Made by a program: the position numbers and the translations under genes. From positions 23,215-87,214 of the forward strand of contig JAPLHQ010000072.1 of the NCBI GenBank assembly GCA_026389555.1: DNA of 64,000 nt, given 5' to 3'. This document shows positions 1-9,414 of this stretch, piece after piece; position 1 is the stretch's first letter, and every line of letters starts with the position of its first letter. This stretch comes from Chloroflexota bacterium. GTDB lineage: Bacteria > Chloroflexota > Limnocylindria > Limnocylindrales > Limnocylindraceae. Under the pieces are notes generated by a model. The model saw only the letters and a list, made by a program, of their open reading frames with translations, made no database searches and had not been told where the DNA came from.

Positions 1-1
1 T

Positions 2-193
2 GAGATCCTTCCTGGCAAGGAGGGACTCGTCCGAATCAGTGAGCTCGCCGATTACCGTGTGAACACGGTTGAGGATGAGGTTGCCGTTGGCGACGAGATC
101 ATGGTGGTCGTCCTTGAGGTCGACCGCCAAGGTCGCGTCAACCTTTCGCGCCGAGCCGCAATGCAGCGCCATAAGGCGGCTCCACGCGAATAG
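2..193 (+). CDS. pnp: polynucleotide phosphorylase (PNPase), C-terminal S1 domain; 5' end cut by window edge
   Basis: Frame-2 translation ...[47 protein letters not shown]... ends at TAG 191-193. It aligns closely with the E. coli PNPase S1 tail (GKEGLVHISQIADKRVEKV...[15 protein letters not shown]). Confidence 0.8.
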   Translation, partial: EILPGKEGLVRISELADYRVNTVEDEVAVGDEIMVVVLEVDRQGRVNLSRRAAMQRHKAAPRE

Positions 194-268
194 CACTCGT
201 CCGGTTCACCTGAGCGCTTACGAGCGACCCGCCGACAGTTCGGTGGGTCGCTCGTTTATACTTGCCGC

Positions 269-1336
269 ATGAGCAGTACAGCGAGCGAGCCAACGAAGAG
301 CGGCGCGGACGGCTACGTCGTCGCCGTTGTCGGCGCGACCGGCCTCGTCGGACGCACCATGATCAGCGTTCTTGAAGAGCGCAACTTCCCCGTGCGCAAG
401 CTCGTGCCGCTCGCCGCCTCTGCCGCTGGCCGGAGCGTGACCTTCCGCGGCGAACAGGTCCCCGTAGCTGAAGCTACGCCTGACGCCTTCAGTGGCGTTG
501 ATATCGCACTCTTCAGCGCCGGCGCTGATGTGAGTCTCCTCCTCGCACCAGAGGCTGCGGCGCGCGGATGTGCGGTGGTGGACAACTCGAGCGCCTGGCG
601 GATGGACCCAACCGTGCCGCTGGTCGTCTCACAGGTGAATGCAGAAGCGCTCAAGGGACATCGCGGCATCATTGCGAATCCGAACTGCTCCACCATGCAG
701 CTCGCGCCGCTCCTGCAGGCACTGCATGCAGAGGCCGGCCTTCGACGCGTCGTTGTTGCCACATACCAAGCGGTCTCTGGTGCTGGCGCGGATTCAGTGA
801 GCGATCTGATCCAGCAGCGAGCAGCCGTTGTGGCGGGGGAGAAGCCCGTCTCGACCATCTATCCGCACCCCGTAGTCCTCAGCCCAATCCCCGCAATTGA
901 TGTCTTCCTGGAAAACGGATCGACGAAAGAGGAGGAGAAGGTGGTGCGCGAGAGCCGCAAGATCTTGAGCCTGCCAAAGCTGCGGATCAGCGCAACCGCT
1001 GTACGCATTCCTGTGGAGGTAAGTCATTCGGAAGCTGTGCACGTAGAGTTGGAGCGACCGATCTCACCTGTCCGTGCACGGACAGTCTTTGCACAGACAG
1101 ATGGTGTCTTTGTGCAAGATGATCCATCGACGCATACGTACCCGCTTGCTGAGACCTCAACCGGCAGTGATGGAATCTTTGTCGGCCGCATCCGTGTTGA
1201 TGCGAGTGTTGAACACGGCATCGCCTTCTGGGTGGTCAGCGACAACGTGCGCAAGGGTGCAGCAACAAATGCGGTGCAGATCGCCGAGCTGCTCGTACGG
1301 GACCAACTCCTCTGGGGAAGCGCGACGCGTGCCTGA
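269..1336 (+). CDS. asd: aspartate-semialdehyde dehydrogenase
   Basis: 355 aa. N-terminal Rossmann motif VAVVGATGLVGRTM, active-site block IIANPNCSTMQL and the C-terminal VSDNVRKGAATNAVQIAE typical of Asd. Confidence 0.92.
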   Translation: MSSTASEPTKSGADGYVVAVVGATGLVGRTMISVLEERNFPVRKLVPLAASAAGRSVTFRGEQVPVAEATPDAFSGVDIALFSAGADVSLLLAPEAAARGCAVVDNSSAWRMDPTVPLVVSQVNAEALKGHRGIIANPNCSTMQLAPLLQALHAEAGLRRVVVATYQAVSGAGADSVSDLIQQRAAVVAGEKPVSTIYPHPVVLSPIPAIDVFLENGSTKEEEKVVRESRKILSLPKLRISATAVRIPVEVSHSEAVHVELERPISPVRARTVFAQTDGVFVQDDPSTHTYPLAETSTGSDGIFVGRIRVDASVEHGIAFWVVSDNVRKGAATNAVQIAELLVRDQLLWGSATRA

Positions 1337-2018
1337 CGAGCGAGCTGCGGCGCTCGCCGCGCTTGCCGTAGAGATTGAGGCCTGTCGCGCCTGTCCGCTC
1401 GGGAGTCAGCGAACGCAGAGCGTCCCAGGCGAGGGGAGTCCCAACGCCGAGCTCCTGCTTGTTGGTGAGGCGCCAGGGGCGCACGAGGACGCCGCCGGAC
1501 GCCCCTTTGTCGGCGCCGCTGGCAAGCTGCTCGACCTCCTCTTGAACCTCATCGGCCTTCAGCGACCGCAGGTCTATGTCCTCAATGTCGTCAAGTGTCG
1601 CCCTCCAGAGAACCGTGACCCGGAGCCCACGGAGATCGCCGCCTGTGCAGGGTTCCTTGAGCGCCAACTCGCCCTCCTGCAGCCAGTCATCATCGCGCCG
1701 CTCGGGCGGCACGCACTCCGCGCATTCGCCCCGGAGGCGAAGATTTCGGAGACTCACGGCGCACCGTTCCAGGGGGAGACGCGGCAGACGCCGGCGGGAA
1801 CAACGCTCTTTCCGCTCTATCACCCGGCGGCGGCGCTCCACAACGGGGCGCTCCGCCCAACCCTCGAGCGGGACATGGGAGCGCTCGCGCGCGCCCTGCC
1901 AGCGGCACGCTCCACATGGCGAGTTGCTCGCGGAGGGGCAGGGGAGGCTAGTCTGTCTGAGATAGAAGCGGCGGCGGAGCGAGATCAGCTTCGCCTCTTT
2001 GAAAGTGAGGCTCAGTGA
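1329..2018 (+). CDS. uracil-DNA glycosylase, family 4 (Fe-S, SPO1-polymerase-associated type)
   Basis: Motifs CRACPLG and [10 protein letters not shown] (GE(A/G)PG) followed by [13 protein letters not shown]. The ORF track starts at 1074 inside asd. I place the start at GTG 1329, overlapping the asd stop by 8 nt; the exact start is uncertain. Confidence 0.75.
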   Translation: MPDERAAALAALAVEIEACRACPLGSQRTQSVPGEGSPNAELLLVGEAPGAHEDAAGRPFVGAAGKLLDLLLNLIGLQRPQVYVLNVVKCRPPENRDPEPTEIAACAGFLERQLALLQPVIIAPLGRHALRAFAPEAKISETHGAPFQGETRQTPAGTTLFPLYHPAAALHNGALRPTLERDMGALARALPAARSTWRVARGGAGEASLSEIEAAAERDQLRLFESEAQ

Positions 2019-3844
2019 ATCAACGTGGTCAGCGTCCACCTGCACGCTCGCAGGGTCAAGGTCAGGGTCGGGGCCCAGCTCAGGGTGGCGGGCGGAGCCA
2101 AGGGCGACCGCAGCCTCGTGCCGCAGCCCCCGCGCGTCCCACAGGGCAGCGCGCCCCAGTCGGTCGACGCCCTGATCGAGCGGCTCCGAGCGGACCACCA
2201 CTCCGCCTGATTCCGCTCGGCGGGATGGGCGAGATCGGAAAGAACCTCTATCTCTATGAGTATCAGGAGACGATCATCCTGGTTGACTGTGGACTCGCCT
2301 TTCCGGATGAGACCACGCTCGGCGTCGACATCATCATTCCGGACATCACCTACCTGCGAGAGCGGAAGAGCGCGGTCAAGGCGGTGCTGATCACCCACGG
2401 CCACGAAGATCATGTTGGCGCGCTCCCGCACATCCTCCCAGAGCTTCCTGGCGTCCCTGTCTACGCGAGCACCCTCGCACGCGGACTTCTAGCGAACAAG
2501 CTGAAGGAGTACAAGGTCACGGCGAATCCGCTGCGTCCACTCGACCCTGGCGATCAGATCGAGATCGGGCCGTTCGTGATCGAGCCGTTCCGTGTTGGAC
2601 ACTCTATCCCGGATGCGATGGGCTATGCGATCCACACGCCAGTCGGCACCGTGGTGCACACGGGCGACTTTAAGTTTGACCAGACGCCGGCGGACGGGAA
2701 GGCGGCCGACTTTGCGATCCTTGCCCGTCTCGGCGCGCAGGGAGTCCTTGCGCTCGTCTCTGACAGCACACGCGCAGAGGCACCCGGATATACGCCGAGC
2801 GAGCAGGTGGTTGGGCAGGCCTTCCGCTCCATCATCAGCGATGCACCTGGACGCGTGATCGTTGCCACATTCGCATCGAACATCGCGCGCATTCAGCAGG
2901 TGCTTGATGCGGCGGGGGAGTTCCACCGCAAGGTTGCGGTGGTCGGTCGCTCCATGGAGCAGAACGTGAAGATTGCGCGCGACCTCGGCTATCTCACCTT
3001 CCCAACGCCACTGATCGCCAAAGAAGAGATCGGACGACGCAGCAAGGAGCCGCTCGTGATCGCTACGACTGGAGCGCAAGGCGAGCCGATGGCGGGCCTT
3101 GCGAAGATGGCGAACGGCGAACATCGCAACGTAGAGATCCAGAACGGCGATACGGTAATCGTCTCGGCGTCACCGATTCCAGGGAACGAAGAAGCGGTCG
3201 GTCGCACGATCGACAACCTCTTCAAGTCCGGCGCAAATGTGATCTACCACTCCATTGCACAGGTCCACGTCTCTGGGCATGCGTCGCAAGAGGAGCTGAA
3301 GATGATGCTGGCGCTGACCAAACCAAAGCACTTTGTCCCAATGCACGGCGAGATGCGCATGCAGGTTGCGCACGGCCGCCTCGCAACGCAGATGGGCGTA
3401 AGTCCGTCGAACGTCTTCATCATTGATAACGGCACGCCGATTGAGTTCTACGCCGATGGGAGTGCGCGACGCACCACACCGGTTGCCCACGGAGCCGTCT
3501 TTGTTGATGGCTCGTCGGTGGGAGAGATCAGCGAGATCGTCTTGCGCGATCGTCGCACCCTTGCAGATGACGGGATCGTGGTGATCTTCGCCACGGTGGA
3601 CGCACAGTCCGGGAAGCCGATCGGTCGCCCAGTCCTTGTCACGCGTGGCTTCCTGAACGGCGATGAAGATAACAAGCTCGTTGAGGCGACGATCGACATC
3701 GCGCTGAAGTCAATCCAGCATAAGGGCGACCGGAGCGCGGAGACTGGCCTGATCAAGGCGCAGTTGAGCGAATCGGTCTCGCGCTTCTTGAACCGTGAGA
3801 CAAGGCGACGACCACTCGTCGTACCGGTTGTCGTAGAGGTCTAA
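2015..3844 (+). CDS. rnj: ribonuclease J (MBL/beta-CASP RNase) with about 60-aa Arg/Gly/Pro/Gln-rich N-terminal extension
   Basis: LRLIPLGGMGEIGKNLYLYEY, HGHEDHVGALP and a C-terminal beta-CASP region. GTG start 2015 overlaps the UDG TGA (GTGA), with GAGG 5 nt upstream. Confidence 0.9.
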   Translation: MNQRGQRPPARSQGQGQGRGPAQGGGRSQGRPQPRAAAPARPTGQRAPVGRRPDRAAPSGPPLRLIPLGGMGEIGKNLYLYEYQETIILVDCGLAFPDETTLGVDIIIPDITYLRERKSAVKAVLITHGHEDHVGALPHILPELPGVPVYASTLARGLLANKLKEYKVTANPLRPLDPGDQIEIGPFVIEPFRVGHSIPDAMGYAIHTPVGTVVHTGDFKFDQTPADGKAADFAILARLGAQGVLALVSDSTRAEAPGYTPSEQVVGQAFRSIISDAPGRVIVATFASNIARIQQVLDAAGEFHRKVAVVGRSMEQNVKIARDLGYLTFPTPLIAKEEIGRRSKEPLVIATTGAQGEPMAGLAKMANGEHRNVEIQNGDTVIVSASPIPGNEEAVGRTIDNLFKSGANVIYHSIAQVHVSGHASQEELKMMLALTKPKHFVPMHGEMRMQVAHGRLATQMGVSPSNVFIIDNGTPIEFYADGSARRTTPVAHGAVFVDGSSVGEISEIVLRDRRTLADDGIVVIFATVDAQSGKPIGRPVLVTRGFLNGDEDNKLVEATIDIALKSIQHKGDRSAETGLIKAQLSESVSRFLNRETRRRPLVVPVVVEV

Positions 3845-3845
3845 C

Positions 3846-6110
3846 GTGGCACGACGAAGTCGTACCCCTCGAAGCCGTGACGGCGGCGGCTCACGCGCTG
3901 TGAGTGGCGCCGCCGCGCGCACGCTCGTCTTCCTCGCCTTCGCCGTAACGGGTGTGGTACTCGCGGTTGGTTTGATCCTTCCTGGTCGTGGTCTTCTTGC
4001 TGATGCGCTGCGCGACATCCTCGCCCCCTGGTTCGGTGCGGGCCGCTGGCTCCTTCCACCAGCACTGATCGCCTTCGGCGTCTGGTTCGAGCGACGGGCA
4101 GAGAAGAGCAGAGCGTCGATCCTGCGCGCCGCACTCGCTGCTGCTGCGCTCCCAGCGCTCCTTGCAATCATCGAGATCCTCTTCCCTGGACACGGTGGAC
4201 TGATCGGATCAATCGCAGGGAACGGCGTAGCAAGCCTCCTGACGCCGATCGGCGCACTCGCAGCCTGGATCGCCGTCCTTACCGGCATTGGGCTGGTGCT
4301 CGCAGAGGGACCGGTGCGCAGAGGCTTTGCAGCACTCTTCGGCGGGGCGAAGGCTGGCGCGATCGCAAGTGCCGAGGTGATCGCGCGCGGCGTAGAGGAG
4401 CTTGCCGAGCGACGCGAACAGGCGCAACGCGAACGTGATGCACGTGCGGCAGAGGCCTCTGACGATGATGAGGTAGATAAACCAATAGAGGAGGATGTTG
4501 CGCAGATTACTGAGGATGCGGTAGCTGCGCCACTGCGTGTTCCTGATGCTGCTCCTGTGCCTCTCTCTGCAACCTTTGCGCCAGCACGGACGCCAGGTGC
4601 CTCTGTCCGTGACGGCGCATCAGTGAGAGGCGGCGGGGGAGCGCGCCGCGAAGAGGGTGATCGAACGTATACGCTCCCGGACCTCGCCATCCTTGAATCG
4701 CGTGCCCCTGCGAAATCTGGCGCAGGGATGGATCACGATGCGAATAGCAAGATCATTGTTGCGAAGCTCGCAAGCTTCGGCATCCCAACGCAAGTGGTTG
4801 GGATCAACGCTGGCCCAGTTGTCACACAGTACGAACTAGAGCCTGACGCATCTGTCCGTGTCAGCCGAATCGAAGCGCTCTCTGACGACCTCGCGATGGC
4901 GCTCTCCGCGCGATCGATTCGAATTGAGGCGCCGATTCCTGGCCGATCGGTTGTTGGCATTGAAATTCCGAACCGTGATAGCCACGTTGTTGGACTGAAG
5001 AGCATCTTTGAAGAGGTGGAGTTCAAGGAGTCAACAGATAGCCTCGTCTTCGCCCTCGGCCGCGATGTTGCAGGCGCCGCACGCGCGACCGATCTCACCA
5101 AGATGCCGCACCTGCTTATTGCTGGCGCAACCGGCTCAGGGAAGAGCGTGATGGTCAACGCGCTCATTGCGTCGCTCCTCTTCCGCGCACGACCACAAGA
5201 TCTACGCCTCATCCTTGTTGACCCGAAGCGCGTTGAGCTCTCCGGATATAACGGTCTGCCGCATCTTCTCGTTCCTGTCATCACGGAATCGGAGAAGGCG
5301 GCCGCCGCGCTCCGCTGGACGGTATTCGAAATGGAGAACCGCTACCGCCTCTTCGCCGAAGCTGGCGCCCGAAACCTTGCCGCATACAATGAGAGCCGCG
5401 TAGACGAGAACGATCGCCTGCCGTTCATTGTGATCATCATTGACGAGCTCGCCGATCTGATGATGCAGGATGGTCGATCTACAGAAGAGCCGATCGTGCG
5501 GATTGCGCAGAAGGCGCGTGCGACGGGCATCCACATGGTTCTCGCAACGCAGCGCCCATCTGTGAACGTAGTGACAGGCCTGATCAAGGCGAACATTCCG
5601 AGTCGCATTGCGTTCTCTATGGCGAGCCAGATTGATTCTCGTACTGTGCTGGATGCTCCGGGCGCGGAGGATCTGATCGGGCGCGGCGACATGCTCTTTC
5701 AACCATCTGACGCCCCGAAACCGATCCGACTCCAGGGCGTCTTCGTCTCCGACAAGGAGATTGAGGCGGTCGTTGATCACTGGCGCGCACAGGGCGTTCC
5801 GGACTATCAGCTGGAGATCGTTGAGTCTGCACCGAACGCTGGCGGCGCTGGATCATCAAGTGCGGATGACGGTGACCGCGACCGACTCTTTGACGAGGCG
5901 GCCGCGGTGATCCAAGAGCACGACCGCGCCTCCGCCTCGCTGCTGCAACGACGGCTGCGAATTGGATATGCACGTGCGGCACGCATCATTGATCAACTTG
6001 AAGCGGCAGGCTACATCGGCGCATTCGATGGATCAAACGCACGTACAGTAAACCGCGGCGCAGGATCCCCTCCGCCAGCGGGGGGCGAGAGCGATGACAG
6101 CCAGCAATGA
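3846..6110 (+). CDS. ftsK: DNA translocase FtsK/SpoIIIE
   Basis: N-terminal transmembrane segments; Walker A LIAGATGSGKSVMVNALI; Walker B VIIIDELADLM; C-terminal gamma winged-helix domain (RRLRIGYARAARIIDQLEAAGYIG). Confidence 0.92.
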   Translation: MARRSRTPRSRDGGGSRAVSGAAARTLVFLAFAVTGVVLAVGLILPGRGLLADALRDILAPWFGAGRWLLPPALIAFGVWFERRAEKSRASILRAALAAAALPALLAIIEILFPGHGGLIGSIAGNGVASLLTPIGALAAWIAVLTGIGLVLAEGPVRRGFAALFGGAKAGAIASAEVIARGVEELAERREQAQRERDARAAEASDDDEVDKPIEEDVAQITEDAVAAPLRVPDAAPVPLSATFAPARTPGASVRDGASVRGGGGARREEGDRTYTLPDLAILESRAPAKSGAGMDHDANSKIIVAKLASFGIPTQVVGINAGPVVTQYELEPDASVRVSRIEALSDDLAMALSARSIRIEAPIPGRSVVGIEIPNRDSHVVGLKSIFEEVEFKESTDSLVFALGRDVAGAARATDLTKMPHLLIAGATGSGKSVMVNALIASLLFRARPQDLRLILVDPKRVELSGYNGLPHLLVPVITESEKAAAALRWTVFEMENRYRLFAEAGARNLAAYNESRVDENDRLPFIVIIIDELADLMMQDGRSTEEPIVRIAQKARATGIHMVLATQRPSVNVVTGLIKANIPSRIAFSMASQIDSRTVLDAPGAEDLIGRGDMLFQPSDAPKPIRLQGVFVSDKEIEAVVDHWRAQGVPDYQLEIVESAPNAGGAGSSSADDGDRDRLFDEAAAVIQEHDRASASLLQRRLRIGYARAARIIDQLEAAGYIGAFDGSNARTVNRGAGSPPPAGGESDDSQQ

Positions 6111-7374
6111 CCCGCTGCAGAGCACCGCGCCTGGGATAGGGGAGCGACTCCGCGCCGCGCGTGAAGCGCGCGGGCTCAGCCTTGAAGCGGTTGCCGCAGA
6201 GTTGCGCATCCGCAGCGTCATCCTCGCCGCAATGGAACGTGAAGACCATGCCGCCTTGCCGGAGCGCGTCTACCTCCTTGGACTCCTTCGGACCTACGCG
6301 CGCTTTCTCGGACTCGATCCGGCGAACGTTGCTGCGAGCTGGGCGGGAGTACCGAGTGCGCCTGCACCGGAGCCGCAAGCGAAGTGGGGTGATGGGAAGG
6401 CTGGGGCGCGAATAGAGAGCGGTCTTCGCCAGTCACTCCGCAACCTCCTCAGCCTCGGTCTGGTCGGTCTCGTTGTGGTCGGAGCGGTCGGGTTCCTCGC
6501 CGCACAAGCGATCCGCTTCGCTAGTCCGCCAGTGATCAGCGTGACGAGCCCAGCGGAAGAGGTGCTCTCCCTTGTGGCTGGTACGCCAGCAACAACAGTG
6601 CGGGGGACAGCGGGGGCTGGAACACAAGTGTTGATCCAGAACGCGATCGGGGACTCAGTCACGACGCAAGCGGACACCTCTGGCATATGGAGCATTGAGG
6701 TTCCCTTGAGCGGTGGGCGCAACGAATTCGACATCAGCGCAGCGGATCCTGCTACCGGTTCGGCAAGCGGCGCTGCGACACGCCGAGTCTTCATCGTCGA
6801 ACTCCCCGCGAACGATGCGCCGCAACTTGACGTGTTGACCCCCACAGCCGGCCTTCGTGTCAGTGGCGGGCCGGTTCCGATCTCACTGACCACCGTGCCG
6901 AGTGGGCAGGTCATGATCGTGGCAACAAGTACCGCCGGCGAAGTGGTCAACAGCTCACTCCCTGCTCAGCCTGATGGCAAGGTGCAGGGCGACCTCCTCC
7001 TCCCCGAAGGGACGTGGCGCATCAGCCTCCAGGTGAGCAGCCCAAGTGGGACGATCAGTGAGGCCCTACGCGATGTTGAGGTTGTCTTTGCGGGAGTGAC
7101 AGTGGTTCTCATAGGGAGCGACACTGGCACCTGGGTACGCGTCTGGATTGATGGCGCAGTTGACCCGAACACGGGACCGAGTGGGATCACCCTTGCGAAG
7201 GGGGAGACTCGAACGATCCGCGGGCTCAGCACGGTAGAGATGCGATTCGGGAACCCACGCGGTGTACTTGTCGCACTCAACGGTCGTATGCTTGGCGAGC
7301 GAGGGACGGCTGGCGTTCCTGAGAGCTGGAGCTTCCGTGCCGATGGGCGCGTGCTCAGCTCAAACCGAAAGTAG
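6094..7374 (+). CDS. RodZ-like protein: N-terminal XRE-type HTH, TM segment, Ig-like region, C-terminal DUF4115-like domain
   Basis: GERLRAAREARGLSLEAVAAELRIRSVILAAME...ERVYLLGLLRTYARFLGLD matches the RodZ HTH_25 region. A hydrophobic TM stretch is followed by a beta-rich extracellular part. Overlaps the ftsK end by 17 nt. Confidence 0.65.
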   Translation: MTASNDPLQSTAPGIGERLRAAREARGLSLEAVAAELRIRSVILAAMEREDHAALPERVYLLGLLRTYARFLGLDPANVAASWAGVPSAPAPEPQAKWGDGKAGARIESGLRQSLRNLLSLGLVGLVVVGAVGFLAAQAIRFASPPVISVTSPAEEVLSLVAGTPATTVRGTAGAGTQVLIQNAIGDSVTTQADTSGIWSIEVPLSGGRNEFDISAADPATGSASGAATRRVFIVELPANDAPQLDVLTPTAGLRVSGGPVPISLTTVPSGQVMIVATSTAGEVVNSSLPAQPDGKVQGDLLLPEGTWRISLQVSSPSGTISEALRDVEVVFAGVTVVLIGSDTGTWVRVWIDGAVDPNTGPSGITLAKGETRTIRGLSTVEMRFGNPRGVLVALNGRMLGERGTAGVPESWSFRADGRVLSSNRK

Positions 7375-7382
7375 GAGGTTGC

Positions 7383-7874
7383 ATGGCGACAGACAACTCG
7401 TTTGATGTGGTATCCGATTTTGATCGCCAGGAGATGAAGAATGCCCTCGATCAGACCCGTCGGGAGATCGCCACACGCTATGACTTCCGTTGCGCAACCG
7501 CCGAGATTGAGGAGGAGAAAGCTGAACTCGTCATCCGCGTGGATGGCGAGCTCCGGCTGAAGGCGCTCCGCGACATCTTGGAGTCGAAGGCGGTCAAGCG
7601 CGGCATTGACCTGCGCACCTTCGGCTGGGGGAAGCCAGAGGCGGCTGGGAGTGAGACGCTTCGGATTCACGTGAAACTTCGTAGCGGCCTTGACGACCCA
7701 ACGGCGAAGAAGGTGGTGAAGGCGATCCGCGACGCTTTCCCGAAGGTAAAGACACAGATTCAAGGCGAAACTGTCCGTGTGACTGGCAAGTCACGCGATG
7801 AGCTGCAAGCGGTGATCGACTTCCTTCGCGCTATGGAGCTGGACCGACCCCTGCAGTTTGAAAACTATCGCTGA
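7383..7874 (+). CDS. yajQ: YajQ/UPF0234 family nucleotide (c-di-GMP)-binding protein
   Basis: 163 aa beginning MATDNSFDVVSDFDRQEMKNALDQTRREIATRYDF. This is the characteristic DUF520/YajQ N-terminus and length. Confidence 0.8.
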   Translation: MATDNSFDVVSDFDRQEMKNALDQTRREIATRYDFRCATAEIEEEKAELVIRVDGELRLKALRDILESKAVKRGIDLRTFGWGKPEAAGSETLRIHVKLRSGLDDPTAKKVVKAIRDAFPKVKTQIQGETVRVTGKSRDELQAVIDFLRAMELDRPLQFENYR

Positions 7875-9414
7875 GGCGAGGCGGGTGACGCGTTCGATCA
7901 ACGAGATCGGAGCCGGGCTCGCCCCATCGCGCCCAGGCTCACCGCTCGTCCTCCCGCTCACCCTTCATATCGTTGGCATCGGCGGCACTGCGGCAACGGG
8001 AGCCGCGCTCCACGCAGCGGCGCTTGGCGCGCTGGTGACCGGGTGTGACAGTCACCTAAGTCGTGAGACCGCTCTCATCCTTGAGGCAGCGGGGGTGAAG
8101 GTGAGCGATGAGAGCGACCTCGCCCCGGCGAGTCGGGCCACCCTTGTTGCGGTCTCAAAGGCGATCACCAGTACACAGCCGGATCACCCGCAACTCCACG
8201 CCGCACGGGCGGCCGGTGTCCCGATCGTCTCACTGCAGCAGGTGATCGCGGATGCCGCTGCGAGCCGCGGAGGGGCACTCCTGGGGGTTGCAGGGACGCA
8301 TGGGAAGACAACCTCCACCGGTTGGCTCCTCGCCGCGCTCCGCGCGTCAGGGCGAGACCCTTCTGCGTTCGTAGGTGGACCACTCCCAGCGGGGCAGGGG
8401 AGCCCAGCAGGCTCACCAGTCCACCTCGGGGGAGAGCAAGGCTTCATCGTGGAGGCAGACGAATACGGAGGAAACTTTGACCCGTACGCCGCAGACGCGG
8501 CCCTGATCCTCAACGTTGACTGGGATCACCCCGACATTTTCGCCGACCGTGCCGCCGCCGTCGCCACATTCGTTGCCTGGGGGGCGCCAGTTCTTCAACA
8601 CGGCGCGCTCGTAGTGAATGTTGGAGATGCTGGTGGTGCCGAGGCGGCCGCGGCGCTTGAGCAGCACGACCGGGGGAACCTCATTCGTTACGCCGTCCGT
8701 TCGCACGGACGCACAGAGACAGTCGCAGATGTCACTGCCGATCTTGAACTCGCCCCTGCGGGAGCGGTGCAACTCAGCAACCTGACGCTGAGTGAGCGAG
8801 CAGGCCAACTCGCCCCTGCGCTGGTTGAGCTGCAGGGGAAGACACTAACGATCGGCCTCCTTGGGGCGCACAACGCGGCGAATGCGCTCGGTGTGGCGAC
8901 CCTTGCCGCGACTTCAGGGGGAACGGGGGTGGGGATCACCGCGGCGCTCGCCGGCTACCCAGGGGTGGGGCGGCGAATGGAGGTGCGCTATGACCAGAAC
9001 GGGTTCACGGTGCTCGACGATTACGGCCACCACCCCACGGCGATTGACGCCACGATCTCCACGGTGCGCCTCCGCTACCCGGGGCGACCCCTCATTCTCG
9101 CTATTGAACCGCTGACCTATCACCGCACCGCAGCACTCCTCCCTGCGCTCGCGCGCTCATGTGCCGCCGCAGACCGGGTCGCAGTTGCCGAGATCTTTGC
9201 CGTCCGCGACACCGACCTGACGATCACGAGTGCTGCGAAGCTTGCCGCCGCGATCAGCGCATTCGGGACCCAGGCGGACGCACCAGGCTCGGTTGAGTCC
9301 ACTGCGGACGCGATCTACGCCGCACTCCCGGAGGGGGCAGTTGTCCTCGTGATGGGTGGGGGGCGCTCTACCGACCTTGCCACTCGACTCGCTGCGGCAC
9401 TCTCCGCGCGCTAG
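7858..9414 (+). CDS. murC: Mur ligase family protein, UDP-N-acetylmuramate--L-alanine ligase (MurC) or Mpl-type recycling ligase
   Basis: HIVGIGGTAATGAAL; GVAGTHGKTTSTGWL (P-loop); VEADEYGGNFD; LNVDWDHPDIF; GAHNAANALGVA; DDYGHHPTAI. Not embedded in a dcw cluster. The start probably lies downstream of 7858, which overlaps yajQ. Confidence 0.65.
   Translation: MKTIAEARRVTRSINEIGAGLAPSRPGSPLVLPLTLHIVGIGGTAATGAALHAAALGALVTGCDSHLSRETALILEAAGVKVSDESDLAPASRATLVAVSKAITSTQPDHPQLHAARAAGVPIVSLQQVIADAAASRGGALLGVAGTHGKTTSTGWLLAALRASGRDPSAFVGGPLPAGQGSPAGSPVHLGGEQGFIVEADEYGGNFDPYAADAALILNVDWDHPDIFADRAAAVATFVAWGAPVLQHGALVVNVGDAGGAEAAAALEQHDRGNLIRYAVRSHGRTETVADVTADLELAPAGAVQLSNLTLSERAGQLAPALVELQGKTLTIGLLGAHNAANALGVATLAATSGGTGVGITAALAGYPGVGRRMEVRYDQNGFTVLDDYGHHPTAIDATISTVRLRYPGRPLILAIEPLTYHRTAALLPALARSCAAADRVAVAEIFAVRDTDLTITSAAKLAAAISAFGTQADAPGSVESTADAIYAALPEGAVVLVMGGGRSTDLATRLAAALSAR

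Noticed and set aside
313-2431. Many 60-320 aa ORFs antisense to or out of frame with asd/UDG (e.g. 313-858 -, 1236-2201 -, 1576-1965 +)
   Set aside because: Ala/Arg/Ser/Pro-rich low-complexity translations, as expected for alternative frames of 68 % GC coding DNA. Every such region is already covered by a gene with clear family motifs.
3710-4690. 326-aa ORF antisense to the ftsK N-terminus
   Set aside because: Antisense to the well-supported FtsK transmembrane region. Composition is about 40 % Ala/Ser/Arg and no motifs, so it is a GC-frame artefact.
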